A stretch of DNA of 64,000 nt. Source: Camelus ferus (lineage: Eukaryota). Shown here in pieces: positions 24,501 to 37,660 of this stretch. The notes beneath the pieces were generated by a model that was not told the origin of the DNA, ran no database searches, and worked only from the letters and a program-made list of their open reading frames with translations. The DNA is taken from contig NC_045713.1 of NCBI RefSeq assembly GCF_009834535.1, positions 5,828,001 through 5,892,000 of the forward strand. Reading direction: 5' to 3'. A program made the translations under genes and the position numbers. Each line of letters starts with the position of its first letter. The stretch's first letter is position 1.

Positions 24501-25249
24501 AGCTGGTTTTCAGTGTTGCTGGTAATTATTGACCCGTGTTGCATTTAGGAGGCCAAACAGCATACAAGTATCAACTAAATTAAGCGTCAAAATGTCAGGG
24601 GCTTAGAGGAGAATTCACACACTCAAAGCCTTAGCTTTTGTACAAAAGAAATCACCACTTTAGAAAGAATTAACCTGTTAGGCTGCCTCTTAAACAGCAT
24701 TTGCAGTGGGTGGCTCCATTTCAGGGGCTTGCTTATGTTTAGGATGCCATTCCCCACTGAAAGTCCCTTACCCGCCTATAACTCGGAACATTAATGGGTT
24801 TGAGGCTTTGGGGTTTATTATTGGAATTTTCAATCAGAGCCTCCAGTTTTCGGCAGAGGAAGGAAATGTGGAGAGAGCAAGCACAAATCTGAATTTTAGT
24901 TGGAAGATGCTCTGCTCAGAACTGAAAAAAGGATGAAAAGAGGGTAACATTTACAGACATGCAGATCCTCCACCTCCGTCAGCCTCGACCACCGATTGCT
25001 GAAGAAGTCCTGCTCATCTGGCGTCAGAAACGACTTCAGAATTATAATCTCCTTCCGTCTTTGCTGCTTCAGCCTTAACTGAAGCTCCCACCCCCTGACT
25101 TCTAGTTTGGACGCCACAGACCCATACTCAGAGGGTCTCCCCAGCTGTAGCCTCTCCTTGCCGAATGTGATGTGCCCCACACTCCTGAGGCTGGGTTTCC
25201 AGAACCCTTCCCAGCATGGCCCGTGCTCAAAGCTGCCACCTTCCCCGGC

Positions 25250-25640
25250 CGCCCAGGCCCACCCCGATCACGCTTCACGCCGTTCCCATCACGCCTCTGG
25301 GTCCTCACACACTAGGTCCTCTGCCTGGAACGCTCTCCACCCCAGGCACGGGGAATGGCATTCTTCCTTTACGGGGCAGCCTAGGTGACACCTCCTTTGT
25401 GGTGTCCCCCCACCTTCCCCAGACACCACTGGTCACCTGGTCCTTGTGCCACCTGGGCTCTCTGTAAATCCCACTCTGCCCCCTCCCACACCGAGTGACA
25501 ATGACTCACATCGGTGAACTTCCTCTCCACCCACTGTGGTCTGCCCCAGGCCATGGCCAGTGCCATCTTCTTCTCCTGATCCCTGGCACCTGGCTCCTAA
25601 CACAGGAGTCTGTCTGGGGTGTGCCTCTGAATGAACAAGG
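25250..25640 (+). mobile_element. L2 fragment
   Basis: cctctgcctggaacgctctcc...atccctggcacctggctcctaacacagg...tgaatgaa. Confidence 0.55.
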
Positions 25641-26509
25641 GTAGAGTCCAGGCTGAGAAGGCAGCACAGTTCAAGGGATTCCTGGAGGCTCACTGGCGAC
25701 CTCTGCAGCATGGACTGCTTTGGAAGATGAGGGTGGAGAAGGCAGTTTTCTATAATTAAGAGCTTCAAGGCTTCTGCTACCCACCGCAGTTTAGTCTAAG
25801 AAGTAGGGAGTCATGAGAGTCACGCTCTGATCTGGTTTAGGAGAGCCAACTGCCCTTGTCAGGACGGGAGGACCCCCCCGGAGGCGGCGTCAGTGGAGGG
25901 AAGAGCAGCGAGGGGCTTTGGGGTTGGAGATGAACCAGCTAGGTGACGCCATCTCGAAGGTGGAGAAAATAAGACCTGTTCACCGGCTTTTTGTAAGTTA
26001 AAGGAATGTGTGCAAAGTGCCTGCAACTGGACCCAGCACTTGGGTGGCCTGGCACACCCTGTGGTGGCTGCTCTGTGACGCTCGAGTCTCTGCTTGGACG
26101 CTGGCGACTCCAGCTCCTCGCTGACAGTGGCCTGTGTCCGGCGCCATGACTGTTGCTTACTCAGCTCACCAAGAAAAGGATACTATTCATTTGCATACCG
26201 GGTACCCTTAACAGGCGGCTGCGGACACCTGGCATGGCCTGGGTAGGCCACCCCCACGGGCCTCACACTGAGTGCCCTGTCACATTAGCTGCGAGGCACA
26301 GACAACGGCATGGACTTGGTACAAGGGCCCAGGGATCACCAAAAAAAACAAAAAAACAAACAAAAAAAAAAAACCCAAACAGAAAGACAGGTCTTAATGC
26401 CGGTCTGGTACATTTTGAAATGGAAAAGGATCATCTTTCCAGGGTGTTGCCCGGCCTTGCCACGCACAGGTGGTAGGCAGGGCAGGGGCACACAGGGCAG
26501 GGGCACACA

Positions 26510-26945
26510 GGGCTGAGAGCTGGATACAGTGTTCGAAGAGCAGGGCTGAATCCCAGCTCCAGTACTAACATAGCTATGCTACCTCTCTGTGCCTCAGTTT
26601 CTTTGTCTGCAAAATGGGGAGAATAACTCCTGTGCTGTGAATGGTGAAGGGGCCAGCAGACTGGGAAGCGCCACTTCACAAATGCAAAAACTGACCACGT
26701 CACTGAGAACCATGCCCCTAAGCAAGCCCCCACCCCAATATGGTAACAATGGGGCTGGGCATGGGGCCATGGGGTTGAAGGGAGAAATGTGTGCTTTGAA
26801 GGAATGCAGACTTGGGTTGGAATCCAGCCCTGTTGCTGGCTTGCTGGCTTGATCAGGAAGCAGGTTCCTTAATTTACGCCTTGGTCTCTTCATTTGTTTA
26901 GTGAACAGCTCCCTCCTTGCTGAGTTATTGTGAAATGAAATGCGA
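26510..26945 (+). mobile_element. Two MIR fragments (~26510-26660 and ~26800-26945)
   Basis: ctgaatcccagctcc...ctctgtgcctcagtttctttgtctgcaaaatgggg and gacttgggttggaatccagccctg...gagttattgtgaaatgaaatg. Confidence 0.7.
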
Positions 26946-28544
26946 GGATCTGGTCTGGTTGGGAGCCTGTGGAGGTGGGTAAACACCCATGCCTTCCCCA
27001 GTAAATCCAAATCAGCAAGCTTTCCACTCCACCACAGGCTGTCCTCCTCTGCCATTAAACCAAGCAGAAAGCCATAACGCTTCAAGTCTTGGGGGACAGA
27101 GACACTTAAACAACATTTAAGACACCATGATAGCAACAGTATACTCAGGGACCATCCGCTAGTCTATACCCTGGAAATTTACAAGCCAATGATTTAGAAA
27201 TAAACACAGACCATTCACAGAACGTTAAGTCCGTGTGCGCTGCTGGACTATCGGCCGGTGAGGATAAGCAAGAGCTGCAGGGATGTGGCAGAACAGTTTT
27301 GTCTCACTCTATGTCTGGCTGCAGAATTCTTTCAAGAGCAAAACATTATGTGAAGAGCCATGTGGAATTCCAGAAGTCAACAGAGAAGGACCAAGGTCCT
27401 GTCCAAAACAGACGCGTCCGCAGCCACAGCTTCCGAGTTCTAATTTTAACTGAACCCCGCCACGTAGGAGGAACACGTTTTCTGGAAGAAGATCGCACTA
27501 GCAGAGAGCCCAGTAATTCTCCTCTAAGTACATGTCTACTTAATGTTTTGGCAAGTACCAGTCTTGCTATTGCTGTGAGAGCTCCAGGAAGAGACAAGAG
27601 AGGACCCTGGAGGGGAGGGAGCCCCTCTTCCAGATCCACACCCCTGGAGTGATGTGGAGAGAAGAGAGATTAGAAACAGGTGTGGGAACCCAGCTGCCAC
27701 CACCAGCTTTGTTCCTCAAGGTCACGTTCCTTTGTGATTTCTAACACGCAGATGGAGTTCAGAGGGGAAGAATCACGGTGGGGATACTCCCCATGGCAGA
27801 GCACTGATCAGCACTTGCTGGAGATCCCTGCACTGCTCAAAGCAGGGGGCATGAATCCCAGAGGGCAGTTTCGGTTACAAAGGCAATGTAGTGTAGACCT
27901 GGGTAATGACACAAAAAATCAGGTCTTACGTAAACTTATGGAATCCTTCTTAACCATCTCCCCATACCCAAAGTTCCTAAGAGAGGAAGACTGGAGAATT
28001 CCAGAAGAAGATAGTGCCATGAAGAGGGATGTGGCAGAAGATGGCAAGAGAACAGTAAAGGCAGAAAAAAAAACAGCAACAAGCATTTCTATCTTCCTTT
28101 ACAGTTTACAATGCCGTTTCATGGGCATCTGACATTCTGGTTGCCAAGATTTATCTGAAGGGCTGTTGTGGGGAAGGAGGATTGGCTATCTTCTCTCTCC
28201 CTGGAGCGCAAAACCAGAACCAACAGGTGGAAGCTACAGGAAGGCAGATCACAGCTTAACAGCAGAAAAACCTCTGTAGACAGCAGAGTGCTTCGGAGGT
28301 GGGACGTGTTGGTGCCTGTCTTACTCACTAGTTCATTCATTCCTTCATATTGTCAATAAAATCATTTAAGGTGTGGCTGAAATGTGCCGGGCAGTGTGTG
28401 AGCCTATCCTCTGGGACCAGAGCCTCTATTTCTACTCCTGGAGGGCTCAGGGTGGATGGTGTCATCCCCTTCTCCCACAGGTAAATCACAGCAGGGCTGT
28501 GGGAGAGGCTTCCCAGAGGATGAGTTTCTACCTGAGATTTTTAA

Positions 28545-30250
28545 AACACTGTTTTGTGAACAGACAATATGTCTACAGTAAAAAAAAGAAAAGAAAAGAA
28601 AAGAAAAATTAAGTGTAAGAACATATATAGTGTTCAGCAAGGTTGCACAATGCAAAATCAATATACAAAAAGTCAATTGTCTTTCTATATAGGCGCCATA
28701 AACAATCTGGAAGTGAAATTAAGAAATGTTCACAGATTGGAAAGCTTAATGTTAAGATGGCAAAAGTCCCAAATCAGTCTAGAGGTAGAATGCAATGCCT
28801 ACCAAAATCCCAGCTGGGTTCACTGAAGAATAAGACAAGTTGACCCTAAAATTCACATGGAAATGAAAGGGACCCCAAATAGCCAGAACAATCTTGAAAA
28901 AGAGAAACAAAGTTGGAGGCCCCACACCAATTTCAAAACTTACTACAAAGCTGCATTAACCAAGACTGTATGGCACTGGAGTAAGGATGGATATATTGAT
29001 CCATGGCATAGAATTCAGAGTCCAGAAACAAACCATCACATTATGGTCAACTGATTTTTGGCAGCGGTGAAAGAACAGGAGGGAAGGAACAGACTTTCAC
29101 AGACGATGCTGGGACAACTGGTTATCCATGTACAAAAGAACAAAGTTGGATCCCCACCTCACACTGCATTCAGAAATGAACTCAAAGGCCCAAATGTAAC
29201 AGCTAAAACTACAAAATTCTAAAAAGGAAACACAGGTGTAAGTCTTCAAGACCTTAGCTACGAAACCAAAAGCACAAACAGCAAATAAAAAGTGGATAAA
29301 ATGGGTTTTATTGCATTTAAAATGTGTGCTTCAGACAGTGTAAGAAAATGAAAAGACAACCCTAGAAAGGGAGACAGTGCCTGCAAATCATGTAACTGAC
29401 AAGGGGTTAGTGTCCAAAATACCTGAAGATCTCTTAATAACTCAACAATCAAAAGAAAAATAACTGAATTTAAAAATGGACAAAGGATTTAAATAGGTAT
29501 TTCTCCAAAGAAGATATACAAATGGTCAGTAAGCACGTGAAAAGACACTCAGCATCACTAGTCGTTAGAGAAATGTGAGTCAAACCCACAGTGAGACACC
29601 ATTTCACACCTACTAGGATGGCTGTAAGCAAAACGGCGGATGATGCATGGTAGAGACGACGCAGAGAAATGGGAACCCTCGTACACTGCTGGTGGGAATG
29701 CAGACTGGCGCACGCTGGCAGTTCCTCAGAACTAGAGTTACTACATTACCCACCTATTCCATTCCTAGGTACGTACCCAAGAAAAATGACAATGTATAGT
29801 TATGAAAAAACTTGTATCTGAGTGTTCTTAGCAGCATCATTCAAAATAGCCAAAGGGTAGAAAAAGCCCAAATGGCCATCAAGTGAAAATGGATAAATAA
29901 AATGAGACATAGTCACACAATGGATTATTATTCAGCCACAAAAAGGAGTGAATTACTGACACACGCTGCAACACGCATGAATCTCGAAAACATGCTAAGT
30001 GAAAGGCGTCAGTCACAAAAGACCGCATGCTGAATGACTTCATTTACATGAAATGTGGAGACTGGTCAAATCTAGAGANNNNNNNNNNNNNNNNNNNNNN
30101 NNNNNNNNNNNNNNNNNNNNNNNNNNNNNNNNNNNNNNNNNNNNNNNNNNNNNNNNNNNNNNNNNNNNNNNNNNNNNNNNNNNNNNNNNNNNNNNNNNNN
30201 NNNNNNNCACAACTTTCTGAATATACTAAAACCCATTTAATTGTAAAAAA
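28545..30250 (+). mobile_element. L1 (L1MB-like) ORF2 3' part plus 3'UTR, 5'-truncated
   Basis: cagcaaggttgcac..aaaatcaatatacaaaaagtcaattg, acttactacaaagctg, ccaaagaagatatacaaatgg. ORF remnant 28857-29054 (FKTYYKAALTKTVWHWSKD..IDPWHRIQSPE) is typical of L1 ORF2. Confidence 0.92.
30079..30207. other. Assembly gap (129 N) inside the L1 3'UTR
   Basis: Run of N. Confidence 1.
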
Positions 30251-30269
30251 AGAAAAGAGAGATGAAAAC

Positions 30270-30500
30270 AGAAGTATAAATATATAGTGAAAAGTAGGTC
30301 TCCCTCCCATTCATATTTACCTGCCACCCAGCTGTCTGGCCTAGAGGCAAGGAGCCACTAGAGTTATCTTTCCAGAAATATTTTATGCATTTACAAGCAT
30401 CTGTATACACACACTGTCTCCCTTAAAACACACACACACATACCAGTGGTTTGATATTATAGATGCTGTTCTGCATCTTGTGTTTCGTACACTTAAGCTC
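30270..30500 (-). mobile_element. L1ME-like fragment
   Basis: tctttccagaaatattttatgcatttacaagcat...tatagatgctgttctgcatcttg. Confidence 0.55.
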
Positions 30501-30509
30501 AGCTTCCTT

Positions 30510-31130
30510 CATAGTGGAAGGGGCAGGGCTTCAGCGGGGATGGGAGCCTGTGCAAAGGCAGGAGGGCCAGTTGAAACAGGAGGGCCAGTGGAGAAGAGCA
30601 GGGCCTGCTGTGCCTGGAGCCCAGGAGGCTGAAGTCTCGGAGGCAGGGCCTGGGGGCTGAGCCAGGGGGTGGCAACTCGATGCTGAAAGGTACCAATGTC
30701 CCAGAGGCTGGCAATCAGGCAGTGATGGCTCTGGATGGGAAGGCAACTCCCGGGAGGCAGGGAGACCTGGAGCGGGTGGCAGCACAGTCCAAGAAAGAGA
30801 AGGAGGAGGTCAATCTGAGTGGGGTGAGGCCATCGGAATTCACAGGGTCTGCAGGCAGACATGGATCCTCCCAGAGTTCCGACCAGGGTGGCTGGGGGCT
30901 GGTCACCTCCCCCGACACGGGGATTGCAGAGGTGAAGTTATGTCTGGGTTGGGGGGTGGGGTGGAGGTTTCGTTTGTGAAAGGCCCAAAGGGAGCACTCA
31001 GGGGGTCCTGATGGCGAAGAGAGCCCAGATGGGGTTATCTAGGGATGGGACGGGTGCGTGGTGAGAGCCCCAGAAAGCTGGGGCCGATTCCAGGGGAGCA
31101 CCCCTATTTAACAGGTTGAAGGAACTGAAG
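30510..31130 (-). mobile_element. L2 fragment
   Basis: gagcctgtgcaaaggcagg...gatgctgaaaggtaccaatgtcc... purine-rich antisense L2 pattern. Confidence 0.5.
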
Positions 31131-31234
31131 GATTCTGTGATCAATAACTAGAACTACTGTTTACCCAGCCCTGCTTTACGCCGTGATCTTTAAATATACA
31201 CACATACACCCAGTGTCTCTGCTCTGCAGGGCGG

Positions 31235-33530
31235 ACTTTCCATTATCGGGAGGAGACACAGAGAAGCTAGAATGACTCACTCAAGGTCACCCTGGTAAAA
31301 GATGCTGTCAGGACTCAAATTCCAATCTGTCTAATTTCAAAATCTGCGATTTGTCTGTTTGGTTTTCTCTGCTATGCTAAGCTGTCTCCCCAGAGAGGAG
31401 GCGCCAGGGGGACGGGTGGTCACGCAGGAGAGGAGCCAGCGGAGGGAGCAGGAGCAGAGCACGTGCCCAGCACCCCAGGTCTGCTCCTGCACCCCCGGAG
31501 GAGCCGGCCTGCAGCCTCAGCTCCCAACATGAATAGCAGGAGGCCACCCAGCAGGCCTCTGAGCCCTGCGTGTCCAGCGGGGACATGTGCTCCCAGGGCA
31601 GCAGCGCTTGTCCGCAGTATCTCAAGAGAACAAACGCTCAGAGATTTGCCTCGGGACGATGCCAGGCCCTGAGTCTCTGCCAGACTTACCCTCCCAAGTC
31701 CCTAAATACCAGCAGTCTCAGGCCTGAGGATGAATGGGACTCGAGGGCCTGGGGCAGTAGGGGGCAGGGTGGATCTGAACCAGGAGCACTGCTCCATCCC
31801 AGGTGGGCCCCCAGGCGCCACCCCTCACCCCACAGCCCTAGGAACCGACCCCTTCCTCGGTCATGCTCCCTCTGTGACCCTGTAGGTTTCTCTCTTCCTG
31901 TTATACTGGAGGACAAAATATGATCTCACAGGTCTCCTTGAGAAATAGTGTAGGGGAGGGGACCTCCGCTATTTCTCAAGCATAAGCACTGGCTTTAGAG
32001 TCAGAGGTTGGAGTTCAAGTTTCAGTTCCAAGGCTGATGAGCTGTGTGGCTTTGAGCAAGTTACTTGACTTCTCTGGACCCATTTTGTCTTCTATACAGA
32101 AGTGATCATAAAATCTCTCAGGGCTGAAGAGACAGTCTCCTCCCTCTCCATCATTTGCCCAAAGGGCTCTACACCGAGTCTGCCAGGTTTGGGCAGGACA
32201 TGCTCCCCAGATTAGTCTCACAGAGGGCTTGGCTGGCATGCGCCCCAAGGTGAGCCCTACTCAACTCTTCACCCCAGTGCTGCCACTCGGGGTCTTCACA
32301 GATAGCCCAGGAGAGAGGGCCAAAGAGCAGCCCCAAGCAGGGGCAGAACAACAGGAAGATGCCCAGTCCTGTCCCCAGAGAGTAGGGGAGCTTGGAAGCT
32401 GCTGTCTGCCCAGCTAGGCTGCCTCTTCCTGGCTGGCAACTTAGAGGCTCTGGAAGTTGTACTTAGTGGGGCACAGATGAAACAGTGGTCATGCCTCCTT
32501 CCATGGGGTAAGTGGAATGAATTCTCCACTGAGCCCAGACACCCGGCTTCCAACCTGCGACCCTGCTCAGTCCACCTCGGACCACGAGGGCAGCTGGTCT
32601 ATGTGTGACTAACACGCATAGGAATGGACATCACTGGCAGGTGGGCTCCCTCTGTCTGGGATGCTGGCTGGAGGTGGTGAGCATGGAGTGACAAGAGGGT
32701 GGCATCTGGCTGGGCACAACGAGGGAGCCACAGATCCCAGGACAGAACCAGGAGATGGCGAGGGGCGAGGAAAGCCAAGAGCCTGGAGCTGGGGCACCAA
32801 GGACCACCCTTCCAGGCACCCACACTGCTGCTCACACTCACTACGCCCTCCCCGCTCACTCTGGTTGCAACAATGTCCCCATAACAGGGTGGTGGGGAAA
32901 GCTTTGTGAGATCATGGGAATGGTGATTTTAGACATCAAATGTTGTGCAAATAATTATTAGGGAAGAGAGTAGCGGCAGAGTGTGAAACAGATTTGGGAG
33001 AGATGGAATTCCACGTTCAAGCCTCAGACCCTCTCTGGGCTCTCTGCTGTTATCAGTGTCCTGTGCTGCCCCCCTGCCCTGAGTCACACACGTACATTCA
33101 CAGTCCTTCTTTTGACCATCTGGTCCTTGGTGTCAGTTTCATTTAAGGAATTACTGCATTAAATTGATGGAACATTAGTAAAACCTAATTAACATCCAGA
33201 TTGAGTTTTTCCAAGGGAAGAGAGATTTGCAGAAAATAAAATACCCTAATAATTTAAATTCCACAGTACTCAAATAAATACTATATGATTGAATATTACA
33301 AGTTGGATAATTTTAGTCCAGGAAAAAAAAAAAAACTACTAGAATCAGTCTGTTCTCACAGACAAATACTGCTAATTCTCATTCAAATCTCTCCTCCCAC
33401 CCCAATTCTTCACATTTATCATATGAGGAAACAGGCACTGAGAGAGATCAGCTGACTTGGGGAAGGTCAAGGTCACTGGCAAGTCAGGCCTCAAACCTAG
33501 GCCTTATAATCTATGTCCAGGGCTCTTTCC
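31235..33530. mobile_element. Cluster of MIR fragments (~31235-31350 minus, ~31980-32110 plus, ~32860-32960 plus, ~33400-33530 minus)
   Basis: For example gctttagagtcagaggttggagttcaag...gtggctttgagcaagttacttgacttctctgg and atatgaggaaacaggcactgagagag...aaggtcac. Confidence 0.7.
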
Positions 33531-33668
33531 TTCATATCACAACTGCCTCCTGGTATCATATGATTCCCTGAAAGGGGCTGGGAGTGTAAGCACACAGAAC
33601 AGAGCCTTTTTTAAATCAACAGAGAATGCTTTTGATTTATACACCAGGGGCATTAACTCTCCATCTCT

Positions 33669-33761
33669 CCATTCATCCAACCAGCCAGCCAGCCAGCCAG
33701 CCAGCCATCCATCCATCCATCCATCTATCCATCCATCCATCCATCCATCCATCCATCCATC
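33669..33761 (+). repeat. Compound (CCAG)n(CCAT)n tetranucleotide microsatellite at the tail of an antisense L2
   Basis: ccagccagccag...ccatccatccat, followed by the L2-like ggcctgctatgtgtcaagcactgtgcc. Confidence 0.95.
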
Positions 33762-34839
33762 GCTCCCCGAAGGCCTGCTATGTGTCAAGCACTGTGCCAC
33801 ATGGGGATACAGATCCTGCTCAACTCTTACGCTCCAGAAAGCAGCATCTGAGTTAATTACCCACCACCATATACTTGGGTCTAGTTCAGGTCCAGTCTGG
33901 GACACAGCAGAAGTTCAGAAAAATACTCACTGAATGAAAGAATGAATGAGTAGACCCTGTCCTCCAGAAACTTACGGTCTTGGGAGACTGACAGAATTCC
34001 GCCTGGTCAGGGACAGGGCAGTGGAACAGTGGAGGAGGGCGCGGTGGCCCCTGCAGAGGTGCCCTCACCCAGGTGGCTGCAAGATTGTTTCGGTGGCTCC
34101 GTTAGCGTGGATTCCTTGACACAGACCCTGTTTCCCAGGCTGTCAGGGAGCAGAACTGCGATGGGTGAGTCCTGGGGCTCCTCTGGGCACTGGCACCAGT
34201 TTCTTCCTCACGTGGGACCTCGCATTCCTTACCTGTGAGCCTCAGATCTCTAGAGCCTCAGGTTCTGAGTCAAGCTTGCCAACAGGTCATTTTACTAATT
34301 TATTCAGAGTTCTTCGAGCCCCCTTTTCTCCATTTCAAAAAACATTTCCCAGGCACCTACTGTGCCCCCGGGCCCTGGGAGACCAGCCCAGAGCAGGGTC
34401 TGCTACTGAGCCCTCAGGGGCCCCCGTGTCCAGGGGTGCCCGACGTGGGTCCCCAGCAGAGAGGCCAGTGAAGGCTGAGGAGGGCCCGGCGCACGTGGGT
34501 GTGCGCTGTAAACATCCCAGAACACCACGGACGGTTACCAAGAGGATGTTCAAAATAATTATCTGCTGAAAATATTAGATTTGCTCTGGATTGTTCATTA
34601 CATACAATGGCTTAATAGGACTTTTATTGAATAGCTGCAGAGCTCTGGGCCGAAATCAATTTGCTGTACCCTCGGAATTTTGATGTATGCTGTTGACTTC
34701 CACGACGCGGAGCAATTTGTAATATCTCTGGCTGGCTGTTTTCAAAGCTCCTGCCCCATCACAAGCATTTATTTCTGACCACAAAATTACATTTATTCAC
34801 TGGGAAGCAGCGCCGGGTCTTTAAGAGGTTAACTTCTGG

Positions 34840-35000
34840 AGTGCTTGGCTGCGGTCCAGCCCCCGGTCCGAGGCCCGGCGCGGGCGCAGTGGCCCGGGTG
34901 GTGGTGGTGGTGGTGGCGGCGGCGGCGGCAGCGCCGGGCGGGCGGCCGTGATTAATAGACTGCTGAGTGCGCCCCTTTCCACGTGCACACGGCTCGCTCC
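34840..35000. promoter_or_regulatory. Short CpG-dense intragenic element in CUX1 intron 3 (candidate enhancer or orphan CpG island)
   Basis: About 17 CpG in ~110 bp (34845-34950), with non-repetitive AT-rich flanks carrying homeodomain-like cores. Function is inferred only. Confidence 0.55.
34897..34929 (+). repeat. (GGT)6(GGC)5 compound trinucleotide repeat
   Basis: Seen directly. Confidence 0.97.
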
Positions 35001-36056
35001 CCTGCTTCCATACATCACGGGCTTAGCCTCAACATATCTGACTGAAATTGAATTTGGCTTCTCTCTCAACCGTTCATTTCCTATGTTATGCAAGGTTATA
35101 TCCTTTTCTGCATGAGCAGAACCAAACCAGCTGCAGCTTTGCAGAAGAAAATGTGTTTTCAATTAGGAAGCTGGCCTGAATATTGAACCACAGTCCTACT
35201 GCTACCCTAATTGAGCCATCATGGAGCAGGCCTCCAGGAAGACACCGTATTCACCAGACTGGTGGAGGTTTCGTGTGAGATAATTAAAACACGCCACTGC
35301 CGTCACCACCATGACCGTCACCACGGCCACCTCGACCCCTACGTGTGTCAAAAGGCCCACGTGAGTCTGGAGATAGCCGTGATGGTTGAGAAGAGCGCCC
35401 TGGAAAGGGGTCAGGACAGCAGCCTCCGCTGCCCTCCAGCCAGAGCCGGCAGGTGTCCTCAGGATGCCCGCTCCGCTCTGCACTCACCTGTCAGGGACAC
35501 TGGGCCACAAACTTCCCTGGGGAGGGGAGGCCACCTTATTTTTCTTGTGGGTCACTAGGCACCTAGTGCAGAGCCTCAAACACAGGACTCAGTGAGTCCT
35601 TATTACTGAGCAGAAGGTGAGGGAGAGAAATTCAGTGGAGAAGACCTCCCTTGACCAGCTCGGTCAGGCAGAGGGAGATACAGTCAAAGGGGAGATGCAG
35701 GCCCCAGAAAGGAAAAAGTTAGCAACAGGCTGAGATGGTCTGGAAAAAGAACGAAGGAGGCAGCCTTTTAGTTTGGTCTTGAAGGATGGAAATGATTTTT
35801 ATAGGTGAGGAAGAGCAAAAGGTTATAATAACGGAGGCCATGACTTGAGGAAAAGGGCAAAGGCAGGAAACCACAAGACATGTTCGGCGACAGTAAATAG
35901 ACCAGCCTGGCCGGAGCAGAAGCCAAGGATGTGACGCCTGGAAAGACACTTGGAAGCTAAATCACGGAGCTCCTCACACACCAGTCTAAGGTGCATGAAC
36001 AGGCGCTGAGTCACAGAACTTGAGCCAGAGGGGTCGCCCTCGGAGGGAACCTAGCC

Positions 36057-36230
36057 AGTGGGTCCAACAAGCGGCCCCGCATGAGAGGCAGGTGGGGACT
36101 TTGTGAAATGACAGATCCTGAGGTCCCGCCCCCAGTTTGCTGAATCAGAACCTTGGAGGGAGGAGCCTGGGGAGCCGTATTTCTGGAAATAGTGGGTAAT
36201 TCTCATGCAGCCAGCTGGGCCAGCTGGGCT
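36057..36230 (+). mobile_element. MER5-type hAT-Charlie MITE
   Basis: cagtgggtcc...acagatcctgaggtcccgcccccag...ctgaatcagaacc...gagcctgggg...gtaattctcatgcagccag. Confidence 0.7.
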
Positions 36231-36644
36231 ATCCTAGGACTGGCTTTAGGAGCCGTCAGTCGGTGCAGTCTTCTCAGATGGCATCCCGCCTGTGACACGT
36301 CATTTGGTACTTGCTAAGTGCAGGCGTGACGGGGATATAAGTACGTGTGTGTGCGCACACATGTGTAACACACACAGTTCCTACCCTCTAGATTTCACAA
36401 TCAAGGCTTAGTATAGGGCCAGTTAAACTGTGTCCCACTAACTAGAATACAGAGGCAGAATGTCTACAGGCTCAAAATCACAAGACAGATACAAATAAAG
36501 CCTTACCAGAGATGGGGAGGGGAAGAGTTTTGTCTCTGGTGGGGGGATTCTGGGATGACTTGGAGGCTCTGGCATTTGGGTTGAGCCTTGAAGAATGGGT
36601 AGGAGCTGACAACATCCCTGACAGGTGGTCCTCCCAGCCCTGAA

Positions 36645-36735
36645 CACTCCCAGTGACGGGAAACTCACCACCTTAGATGGCAGGTGGCTCATTCCATTTT
36701 TGAACAGATCTAACTGCTGGAAAGCGTCCCTCACC
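36645..36735. mobile_element. L3/CR1 fragment
   Basis: cagtgacgggaaactcaccacc...ctcattccatttttgaacagatctaactgctggaaag resembles the L3 core. Confidence 0.6.
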
Positions 36736-37129
36736 TCTTCTGTCCTGCTGCTGAGTCAACACATGTACTAGGCCACTGAGTCACACGGGACTTCAGAGCT
36801 CCGGCGCTCCCCGCTGACTCCCCTGCTCACCCACTCATTTTGGGGTTGAGCAAAGTCAGGCAGAGAGAGGTCTGGGAGCTGTCCGAGGTCACAGGGGAGG
36901 GAGCAGCCCATCACGTAGGGCTGGCATCCCCCCTCCCAGGGAAATGTTCCTGGGAGTAAGGCACTCGACACCCTGGCTTTATTTAGACGTGGCCTTTAGA
37001 TCTGAGCACTTAACTATATTACAGCACGACAGACCCGAGGTGTGGGGCACCCTTGAAACTCTCAGTCACTTTTAACTAATTCTTGGAATATTTACCCAAC
37101 TGAATCCATTTCATCTATTATTTGATTAA

Positions 37130-37660
37130 GATCTGTCAGATGGCCCTGCAAGCGGGCACAGTCCTTGGCTTTCCTCTGCACTCCGACTTCTCCTTTGGAT
37201 GAGAGCCTTTCAAGGCGGCTTCCCATTGTGGCCCACAGGACCGCCCCACCATCCCACCCAGCTGCCCTGGCCTGGCTTCCTCCCTCGCTTCTGCAGCCCC
37301 AGTCCTCAGCCTCCTTTCTGGCTACCGGTCATCCCGGGAGCTGTCTGTCCTCTGAGCCTGGGCACTTGACCCGCTCTGCCTTGTGCTCCCCACCACGCGG
37401 GTCTTACCCCAAACATCACCTCCTGCAACAACTGTCTCTGGAGGAGCTGCCCCGGCCCTCCTGCTCTTCTCCATTCCCATCCCTTCCCTCACTGCACTTG
37501 TCACCCTCGGACATCATTCCTGTGTCCCTTCACTAGGAAACAGGCTTCAGAGAGCGGGTGCCTGTTGACTGTATCCACGGCTGCACCCTGAGCTCCTACT
37601 GGCTCGAATGCACACAGTCAGCTCTAGGGAGTTTCACCGAAGGAAGAAATGAATGGATAG
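37130..37660 (+). mobile_element. L2 3' fragment
   Basis: ggcttcccattgtggcccacagga...ctctgagcctgggcacttg...cactgcacttgtcacc...gaaatgaatgga. Confidence 0.7.

Noticed and set aside
26475-26512. Short tandem duplication cagggcaggggcaca x2
   Set aside because: Only two units; an ordinary slippage duplication with no array or spacer structure.
34821-35162. 113-aa sense-strand ORF with 11 consecutive prolines
   Set aside because: The polyproline comes from the (GGT)6(GGC)5 repeat. The rest has no recognisable domain or splice support.
35255-35399. Possible cryptic or poison CUX1 exon (acceptor gtcctgacccctttccag, donor CTG|gtgaat, 145 nt)
   Set aside because: The branch-like CCTGAC is only about 12 nt from the AG, the pyrimidine tract is short and the donor is weak. 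It cannot be supported without junction reads.
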